A DNA stretch of 60,210 bases from assembly GCA_049967195.1 (NCBI GenBank), contig JBMFTE010000002.1:1-60210 (forward strand), given 5' to 3'. Shown in pieces: positions 54,090-60,210 of the stretch (position 1 is its first letter; every line of letters begins with the position of its first letter). The notes beneath the pieces are model-generated. The model was given only the letters and a program-made list of their open reading frames with translations, had not been told where the DNA came from and did not search any database. The stretch comes from Nitrososphaeria archaeon (GTDB lineage Archaea; Thermoproteota; Nitrososphaeria; Conexivisphaerales; UBA164). The position numbers and the translations under genes were made by a program.

Positions 54090-55154
54090 CTAAAGTTCTT
54101 GTGGCTGCTCGTTCATTTGGTTCAAAATTTTGATGCTCTCGTGGTCAGTCAGGCATACTAACCTGTCGCCGTTCATAACTATGGATTCTGGGGTTATATA
54201 CCTGATTATCTCACTGTTTCTAATCAGCATCAACACGTCAACCGGGATATTCTTTATTGCAGTCCCTTCAAGCTTTGAGCCCTTTCTTACATCAATCTGA
54301 ACAATGTGCCTACCAGCGATAATAGCGTCGCCTCCCTGAATTGCTCCAAGAACATGCTCAGATGCAACTGAATAGGCAGCTACGCTGCCTACCATAAAGT
54401 ATATTGGCAGGACAACGTCAATCCCGGCCTTTTTCATGCCATCCAAGAGTTTGTAGTCATTGTTTATTGCGATTATCCTTATGTCCTTTTTCATAAATTT
54501 GGCTGTTAGGGCATAGAGCATGTTTGTATCGTCATTCTCAAGTGCAAGAACTATTGTTGATGCCTCGGATACCTTCGCCTGGTCTAGCACTTCAACCGGC
54601 GACTTCAGGTCAGAAAGAATAAAAGGTATGTTCAGCTCCTGCAACTCCTTCAGGTTCTCCTTTTCCCTCGTGACAATGCAGAACTTATAATTCATTTCGA
54701 TCAACCTCTGAGCCACATACCTGCCTATGTGAGAATAACCCAGCACGATCACGTGACCTGACATTCTCTGTATCCTCATTTTATCAATGTCTTCAGTCCA
54801 CAGTTCCCTTTTTATAACGCTGGTAACAACCCCCTGAACCATTGATGCGGCTGACCCCACGCTAACTATCATTATCACAATTAACAGCACCTTTTCCAAG
54901 TTTGGCATGGAGTTCAGAGGAGGAGCATAAAAGCCTATGGTTGAAATTGTCGAAACAGAAGCCACTATTGCTGAAAGCAGATCAAGAGCTTGATAGTAAA
55001 TAAATATTAACGCTCCAAAAGAAATCATGGCTGTAAGAAGCAGGAGCTGCTTCCATATATGTTTCAATACAGAATATGGCTGTAGCACTATGCTGTCTAT
55101 AAAATTATTAATCCTGTCAATTTTTGTGTCTTTATATTTGTTATCCCTGTTCAA
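54090..55154 (-). CDS. 2-TM ion channel with RCK/TrkA domains (MthK-like) and non-canonical pore sequence
   Basis: Two TMs flank a pore-helix region ending STISTIGFYAPP. This is followed by a Rossmann-type RCK-N (VIVLGYSHIGRYVA) and a TrkA-C-like domain. Confidence 0.75.
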   Translation of the reverse strand: MNRDNKYKDTKIDRINNFIDSIVLQPYSVLKHIWKQLLLLTAMISFGALIFIYYQALDLLSAIVASVSTISTIGFYAPPLNSMPNLEKVLLIVIMIVSVGSAASMVQGVVTSVIKRELWTEDIDKMRIQRMSGHVIVLGYSHIGRYVAQRLIEMNYKFCIVTREKENLKELQELNIPFILSDLKSPVEVLDQAKVSEASTIVLALENDDTNMLYALTAKFMKKDIRIIAINNDYKLLDGMKKAGIDVVLPIYFMVGSVAAYSVASEHVLGAIQGGDAIIAGRHIVQIDVRKGSKLEGTAIKNIPVDVLMLIRNSEIIRYITPESIVMNGDRLVCLTDHESIKILNQMNEQPQEL

Positions 55155-55298
55155 TGATCAAGGCTTTTTTATCAAGTATAAATGTTTTTAGTTAAATATA
55201 AGGCGATGCCGCAACTAACATGACAAATTGTCAGATTTTCCTTTCAACGGTATGCCATATGCAACATCCATGAGACCCCCTAATCCAAAAGAAGTGCC

Positions 55299-55652
55299 TC
55301 AGTGTTGCCATCTCACGTGCTTCTTTACTGAATTCACCAGGAGTATCCTGTTCAATTCTGATGATATGTTATCCCTCTGGATCATTCCCTCTCCCCACAA
55401 CTTGAATGCCTTATGGCATGCACCAAGCTGCACATGTTCAGCGTTAATTTGCAGGCCATCAACCAGGCTCTTTTCGTCGTCTGAAATAAGCACATAATTG
55501 CCATCAGGCCTGTTCATCAGGTCCCAGGGAAAGCTTACATCGAAAAGCGATCTCTGGTCTGCCCCGATTATGACCCTTACTTCGTTTGGCATTTTATAGA
55601 TGCTTCCCACTTCAGTGCCCATTATGACCTTTTCTTCTACAGCCGTTATCAT
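55299..55652 (-). CDS. Hypothetical protein (117 aa from ATG 55652; ORF opens at 55835)
   Basis: The distal 117 codons look protein-like (VRVIIGADQRSLFDVSFPWDL...). The upstream 60 codons are antisense to a better + strand ORF. Confidence 0.4.
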   Translation of the reverse strand: MITAVEEKVIMGTEVGSIYKMPNEVRVIIGADQRSLFDVSFPWDLMNRPDGNYVLISDDEKSLVDGLQINAEHVQLGACHKAFKLWGEGMIQRDNISSELNRILLVNSVKKHVRWQH

Positions 55653-55704
55653 GCTGTTCACCGAAAAGGACAGCGCATTCCTCATGCCCCACGGCGAGGC
55701 TTTT

Positions 55705-55956
55705 ATGACAGTCAACAAGAAGAGTACTGACATCAGCAAGTCCTTAAGCGTTGAAATGCTTGCGGGCTTTTTGGAAAAGGCAAACAGCGGCACCGTGTTC
55801 CGAAAGCAGGGCAGGAAAATGAAAGTTGAATTCATCTACGGCGACTACCTGACGGGAAAGGTGGTTACCCCGAAGGAGGCCGAGGACATGATGGACGACG
55901 GGTTGTGGAAGGTTATAACCACGGTCGTGGTGGAAGAGCTGGACATCGGTGAGTAA
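55705..55956 (+). CDS. Hypothetical protein (83 aa from ATG 55705)
   Basis: Protein-like sequence ...RKMKVEFIYGDYLTGKVVTPKEAEDMMDDGLWKVITTVVVEELD. Divergent from the 55652 gene. Confidence 0.4.
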   Translation: MTVNKKSTDISKSLSVEMLAGFLEKANSGTVFRKQGRKMKVEFIYGDYLTGKVVTPKEAEDMMDDGLWKVITTVVVEELDIGE

Positions 55957-56178
55957 CCAAAACTCATCCCGGTTTTTTAATGGCACCGTTGCCGCCTCCA
56001 AATGGCACTTACGTTTTCTCGGCGGTTTTAAAAGTATATAAGTATGGTTGCGCATGAAAGCTTAATGAATAACAATAGGACCTCTAGTAATGGTGGGGCT
56101 CATAATTGGTGTCAAAAATCACCGGTCATTTATACCAGCTTAATTCATCGCCCAGCAATAATCGTATAAGGTGGTATA

Positions 56179-56466
56179 TTGGCTTTGCCGAAAAATGAGC
56201 GGGTTTATGTCAAAAAGTATGTGTTCAGACCTTCCGGCAATAGCTTTTACCTTGTTCTTGGAAGCACAGGTGACCACTTGACAACGGAACAGTTCTGCAC
56301 CTGCAATGACTTCAACTTCAGGATGAGACCAGAGGGCTGCATACACATGCAGGTCCTGAAAAGGTCAATACAGGAAAAAAGTTATGACGTTTACAACTTT
56401 GCTGATGACGAGTTCCGCCAAGTTTTTAAATATGTACTTATGGAAGTTGTATTTATGCCCCGGTAG
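56179..56466 (+). CDS. SWIM zinc-finger protein (small archaeal family)
   Basis: 95 aa with CTCNDFNFRMRPEGCIH (CxC...CxH). The TTG start has a TATA-like CGTATAAGG just upstream. The last 10 nt, including the TAG stop, overlap tRNA-Thr. Confidence 0.65.
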   Translation: MALPKNERVYVKKYVFRPSGNSFYLVLGSTGDHLTTEQFCTCNDFNFRMRPEGCIHMQVLKRSIQEKSYDVYNFADDEFRQVFKYVLMEVVFMPR

Positions 56467-56529
56467 CTCAGTCGGCAGAGCAACAGCTTTGTAAGCTGTG
56501 GGTCGCGGGTTCAAGTCCCGCTCGGGGCT
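56457..56529 (+). tRNA. tRNA-Thr (anticodon UGU)
   Basis: GCCCCGGTAGCTCAGTCGGCAGAGCAACAGCTTTGTAAGCTGTGGGTCGCGGGTTCAAGTCCCGCTCGGGGCT. It has a 7-bp acceptor stem (one G-U), D-arm GCTC/GAGC, anticodon stem ACAGC/GCTGT with loop TTTGTAA, and T-arm GCGGG-TTCAAGT-CCCGC. Confidence 0.93.
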
Positions 56530-56970
56530 CACTTGGCTATGGGTTCAAAACCTACAAAAAACCAAGCATATGGTGATTGAGCGGAAATAATTATAGATTG
56601 CAGCGAACATGTGTTTGTAGTGATTAACCGCCACAAGCTAACGCTGAACGCTACTGAAAAGCTAGTGGATAAGGCATTTATTGCTGCATTATATGAGGGC
56701 AGTTTAAGTATTGTAATACATAAAAATATAATGCATGTCATAAGTACTCGATGAGACTTACAAATAGCAGCGCATACATCTTAAAAAGGAGCTAGGAGTT
56801 TGAGGGAAGCTGTAATTCTCAATTGCTTTAGCGTGAGAGAATGCCACTATTATAATCATAGAATAAAATAGTGCAAAATAGGTTTCCCATTTTATGGTAA
56901 ACCCAACTTTAATTAACATTCTAAAGGGTGATTAGAAATATGATACACAAAGCCGAAATAATTAAATTGG

Positions 56971-57459
56971 GTGATAAATAGTAAATTGGCCTTGCTTGTA
57001 GCAGTTATCGCGTGGTTCCATATTTTGTTCGCTATCTCTTGGGTAGGCTCAGCAGTGTTTTTTGCCATGGTGCTGAGCCCCGTGCTCAAAGTGCTAACGC
57101 CGCAGTCTCGGGGTGAATTTCTGTTCAAATCCCTGCCCAAGATTGAACAATTTGAATTAGCTGTATCAACTCTTACAATCGTTTTTGGTGTTTTGCTGGC
57201 CTTTGTATCGGCCGGATGGAACCCGTTCATAATCTTTGGTGCAGCGTTTGGATTGACGGCCTACCTGATAGGGTTGCTTGTAATGACGCCATTGGCAAGG
57301 AGGATGCAATCAACGTTGAAGATGCTGCAGAATGGCCCTGATAATGGGTTGGTGAAAGAATTACTAGGGGTGCAGAAAAAGTTTGGCGCAGCATCGCTGA
57401 TAGAGCTTATCATGATGCTTCTGACGATCAGCGCCATGGTGGCATCTGGTTTTATGTAA
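56971..57459 (+). CDS. Small integral membrane protein (4 predicted TM segments)
   Basis: 162 aa with four hydrophobic stretches. GTG start is uncertain (TTG 56986 is possible). Confidence 0.6.
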   Translation: MINSKLALLVAVIAWFHILFAISWVGSAVFFAMVLSPVLKVLTPQSRGEFLFKSLPKIEQFELAVSTLTIVFGVLLAFVSAGWNPFIIFGAAFGLTAYLIGLLVMTPLARRMQSTLKMLQNGPDNGLVKELLGVQKKFGAASLIELIMMLLTISAMVASGFM

Positions 57460-57492
57460 GTTTTTAACTGTATCCTTGCACGTCAGGTCTTT

Positions 57493-57560
57493 CGCATATA
57501 TAATTATTGAAAATAGAAACTTAAAAGCGCAACTGTGATCAGCTAAAAGCGATGGTTTTG
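57493..57560 (+). repeat. Intergenic element, copy 4 (subfamily 2, degenerate: frame of the micro-ORF broken)
   Basis: Aligns with 31032-31110. Has GCATATATAATTATTGA versus GCATTACATAATTATTGA (1-nt deletion) and no start codon. Lies between two convergent genes. Confidence 0.75.
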
Positions 57561-57574
57561 AAATGAAATAAAGT

Positions 57575-57736
57575 TCACGCTGATTTAACCTGCTTTATTG
57601 ATTGCGGCCTTACCTTCCTCAGGACTCTAAAGCCGCATATGCACTTTATTTCAGGGAGAGCAAGCAGATCATCCAGTGAAACCTTCTGTCCGCACCTAAC
57701 ACACTCAAAATATATGTCGCTCTTTCCCTCGCTCAT
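57575..57736 (-). CDS. rpoP: DNA-directed RNA polymerase subunit P (Rpo12/RpoP)
   Basis: 53-aa ORF not in the track: MSEGKSDIYFECVRCGQKVSLDDLLALPEIKCICGFRVLRKVRPQSIKQVKSA. It has the zinc ribbon CxxC...CxC followed by the RxLxKxR pattern typical of RpoP. Confidence 0.75.
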   Translation of the reverse strand: MSEGKSDIYFECVRCGQKVSLDDLLALPEIKCICGFRVLRKVRPQSIKQVKSA

Positions 57737-57758
57737 GATTCCATTCCTTTATGCTCCC

Positions 57759-58850
57759 CTAATTTAAGCTTTGTTTTAGAAGTTGTGATATCTTCACTGC
57801 GTCATCTTCAGAAACAAGTGGATTTGCTGGTAGCGAAAGCACGTCCCTTGCCACCATTTCAGTCAGTGGCAGTGATATCTGTGAAATGTAAGTTGGAGTC
57901 CTGTGCACCGGAGGATCATAATATACCCTTGAATCTATACCATTTTCTTTTAATATTCGCATTGCAGCATCTCTTTTTGGGTGTCTTACCGTGAACAGGT
58001 ACCAGTTGTATTTTGACCTCTCCCGTATAGGCGGCAGTATAACATTGTCACTTGCAGCCTCCAGCTCCTTTATGTATGTGTAGGCGTTCCTTTCCCTCAC
58101 TTTCAGGAACTCTGGCAGTTTCTTAATCTGTTCAAAGCCTATGGCAGCAGACATCTGCTGCATCCTGAAGTTGAGGCCGTACCCGCTCAGATTGCCATCC
58201 CTGTCAAAGCCGTGGTTCCTTATCATCTTCAGCTTTTCGGCAAGCCCGTCATCGTCAGTTATTATGGCTCCGCCCTCCCCAGTAGTTATCACCTTTCCGG
58301 GGTAGAAGCTTATGCACCCCATGTCGCCCATTGTCGAAGTGTGCCTTCCGTTGTAAGTGCTCCCCAAGGATTGTGCAGCATCCTCAATTACGTAAATTCC
58401 AAACTCTTCAGCAAGTTCATTCAGCTCATCCATATTGGCTGTGTGACCATAAAGATGAACCGGTATAACGGCCTTTACCCTCTTGTTCAACTTTTTCTTT
58501 ACCTCTGCGGGGTCCAGTGTGTAGTATTCATCAATATCAGCGAATACCGGCCTGGCGCCTACAGCTTTTACGGCGTTGGCTGTTGCTATAAATGTAAGCG
58601 ATGGTACAATAACTTCATCCCCATGTTCAATTCCTGCAGCCAGCAGCGCCGCTATGATGGCGCTTGTTCCCGAGTTAACTGCAATTGCATGCTTTGCGTT
58701 AACAAAGCTCTCAAGCTCATTCTCGAACATCTTGACGTACTTTCCCCCTTCAAATGACTGGTCAACAAAGTACTTTTCGGAAATTACTTTTTTAACAATT
58801 TCCATTTCCCTTTCGTCTATTATGGGTTTATTTATGGGAATGTTTTTCAC
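57759..58850 (-). CDS. DegT/DnrJ/EryC1/StrS-family PLP-dependent sugar aminotransferase
   Basis: 363 aa with family blocks (AVNSGTSA, DAAQSLG, FYPGKVITTGEGG). Confidence 0.88.
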   Translation of the reverse strand: MKNIPINKPIIDEREMEIVKKVISEKYFVDQSFEGGKYVKMFENELESFVNAKHAIAVNSGTSAIIAALLAAGIEHGDEVIVPSLTFIATANAVKAVGARPVFADIDEYYTLDPAEVKKKLNKRVKAVIPVHLYGHTANMDELNELAEEFGIYVIEDAAQSLGSTYNGRHTSTMGDMGCISFYPGKVITTGEGGAIITDDDGLAEKLKMIRNHGFDRDGNLSGYGLNFRMQQMSAAIGFEQIKKLPEFLKVRERNAYTYIKELEAASDNVILPPIRERSKYNWYLFTVRHPKRDAAMRILKENGIDSRVYYDPPVHRTPTYISQISLPLTEMVARDVLSLPANPLVSEDDAVKISQLLKQSLN

Positions 58851-58880
58851 GCATATTATTTAGCTCATTAATTTAAATTC

Positions 58881-59432
58881 TTATCTGTTAACAACGATCC
58901 TGAGGCAAGCCGATGAAATCAGCCTTGCAACCCTTACTGGTTCGGGCACCCTTCCAGCAACAGTATATGCATTGAGTAGGTCCACAGCATCATTTAATTC
59001 CAACCCGAATGCCCTTAGCCAAATATCATATCCAGTTTTCAGCTTTGCATGTGCCTGCTTTCCAAGTGAACGGTAAGGTTTAACCTTATCAAAATTGCCG
59101 TGCAAGTTCATTACGCTCTCTAGGTCCTTACCCTCTCTTGAGGCAATGCACACAAGAGGAAGTCCAGTTTGGCTGCTGACTGTGCCCGCTTCAACAATAT
59201 TGTACATGCTCAGCACGCAGCCGCTGATTATTACTGCTGATATATCATTTCTGCGCATTTCCCTGTACAGCTTAATTATTCTGTCAGTTGCATCTGAACC
59301 CCCTACAGTTATAGTGGTTATAGAAACACCATCAACGGCAAAGTCGCGTCTCATTACAACGCCAGATATGAAACTCAAGGGTGGATTCAGGGAAAATGAC
59401 TCAGCAATGCCCAGCACCCTTGCCATCCTCAT
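58881..59432 (-). CDS. DUF99/UPF0215 family protein (endonuclease V-like fold)
   Basis: RVLGIAESF...DGVSITTITVGGSDATD...PEPVRVARLIS matches the UPF0215 pattern. Start ATG 59432 or 59426. Confidence 0.65.
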   Translation of the reverse strand: MRMARVLGIAESFSLNPPLSFISGVVMRRDFAVDGVSITTITVGGSDATDRIIKLYREMRRNDISAVIISGCVLSMYNIVEAGTVSSQTGLPLVCIASREGKDLESVMNLHGNFDKVKPYRSLGKQAHAKLKTGYDIWLRAFGLELNDAVDLLNAYTVAGRVPEPVRVARLISSACLRIVVNR

Positions 59433-59751
59433 ATGTGCTATATTTGTCCACAAATTTATAAACCATGAGGAAGTCAACCCCTTGGATTTTTTTGACAGCC
59501 AACCTGTTACCAAACCCGGCTTCGATTGCTAGTGCCACACAGCCGTTGCCCACAAGATTTATTATCGAATATCTCTTAAAGAGGTTCACTGCCTCCTCGG
59601 AATCTACTTCCTTCCCCCCAAAGTACTTTGGGTCAATATATATCTTGAGCGAACCCTCCTTTAGCACCGTGCCTAGTACATCAGAATCGCATATATTTAA
59701 CACGCTTATCCTGCCATTTGACTTGATATTAACAATAAATTTATCTGTCAA
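59401..59751 (-). CDS. DUF424 family protein
   Basis: VLNICDSDVLGTVLKEG...YFGGKEVDSEEA...NLVGNG is typical of archaeal DUF424. A TTG 59751 start is proposed, immediately after the aIF2-beta stop. The ORF opens at 59775. Confidence 0.6.
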   Translation of the reverse strand: MTDKFIVNIKSNGRISVLNICDSDVLGTVLKEGSLKIYIDPKYFGGKEVDSEEAVNLFKRYSIINLVGNGCVALAIEAGFGNRLAVKKIQGVDFLMVYKFVDKYSTYEDGKGAGHC

Positions 59752-60158
59752 ACTACCGGCGTCCTTGCACCGCACGCTTCACATACAAGAAACAGTATCT
59801 TCTTCTCCTTAACAAGTTTTGTATCCGGACTTCCGCATACGGGACAGGTAACATACATTTTGATGTAGTAGTTCATTACATTTTTTATTGAAGTGTTGTC
59901 CTTTTTTCCGAATATTACTGCCCTCCCGTCGTTTTCGATGGTCATAGCAGCACCAAGCTCTTTTGCAATAACTATCATCATATGCCTTGGATCACGTCTA
60001 AGCGCAGCAGCTATTATGCTAAAGTTCTTCCACACTGTCCTGTTTCCTACCACAGCAGCATCGGGTTGGGGAACATTTAGCCTTTGAGTCACCACACTAG
60101 CATCCTTGCGGGTTTGGTCCTTTATCTTGTTAAGCAGTTCAATGTATGAAAGTACCAC
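59748..60158 (-). CDS. eif2b: Translation initiation factor aIF2 beta subunit
   Basis: YIELLNKI...VGNRTVWKNF...DPRHMMIVIAKELG...VTCPVCGSPDT...CEACGA. A GTG 60158 start is proposed. The ORF continues to 60200 near the window edge. Confidence 0.88.
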   Translation of the reverse strand: MVLSYIELLNKIKDQTRKDASVVTQRLNVPQPDAAVVGNRTVWKNFSIIAAALRRDPRHMMIVIAKELGAAMTIENDGRAVIFGKKDNTSIKNVMNYYIKMYVTCPVCGSPDTKLVKEKKILFLVCEACGARTPVV

Positions 60159-60210
60159 AGTCGCTTTATCACTATGCAATATAAAACGTTTTCTGAACAA
60201 CTGGCTTTGT

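Noticed and set aside
56570-56660. Possible C/D-box sRNA downstream of tRNA-Thr (GTGATTGA ... CTGA)
   Set aside because: The boxes deviate from RUGAUGA/CUGA and the spacing does not give the 12-nt guide architecture. The support is insufficient.
1-60210. CRISPR arrays, cas genes, rRNA genes, IS transposases
   Set aside because: I found no regularly spaced direct repeats of 24-40 nt in any intergenic region. No ORF has Cas, transposase or complete integrase motifs. No region has rRNA-like conservation.

Overview
Compact archaeal chromosomal segment. The gene content includes VAT/Cdc48, archaeal-type SAM synthetase, XPB-Bax1, Hjc, Lhr, aIF2-beta, RpoP, MptA, bifunctional PGI/PMI, 20S proteasome beta and the HMG-CoA synthase/thiolase/DUF35 trio. 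Together with TATA-like boxes 20-35 nt upstream of many start codons, this points to a euryarchaeon, probably Thermoplasmata/Thermoplasmatales-like (inference only, no search was possible). I call about 65 protein genes, 2 tRNAs (Leu-CAG, Thr-UGU) and one gene under 60 aa that the ORF track missed (rpoP). I saw no rRNA, CRISPR array, cas gene, transposase or intact integrase. Genes are tightly packed, with many 1-30 nt overlaps and two convergent pairs that share stop codons. Core blocks are a Mo-hydroxylase coxMSL-like operon, a methyl-cycle neighbourhood (ahcY, HTH-CBS regulator, SAM synthetase, MTHFR-like, mptA), ilvBNC-leuAB, the mevalonate-entry trio, and DNA repair genes (hjc, lhr, xpb-bax1). 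The most unusual observations are: (1) a duplicated-flank architecture at 90-3928 in which a processive GT2 gene and tRNA-Leu occupy equivalent slots; (2) a four-copy intergenic element family, three copies of which keep a tiny ORF ending FLL(S/T)(A/S)LHN(F/Y) with mostly synonymous differences; (3) a KaiC-like two-domain ATPase tightly coupled to a 95-aa protein that has a gapless, roughly 40% identical paralog 25 kb away; (4) a proteasome beta subunit with Ala at the expected catalytic Thr1 position; (5) a tightly coupled operon of a membrane protein with small proteins, two of them zinc ribbons; (6) an RCK K+ channel homolog with TIGFY in place of TxGYG. None of these can be shown to be novel without database searches.
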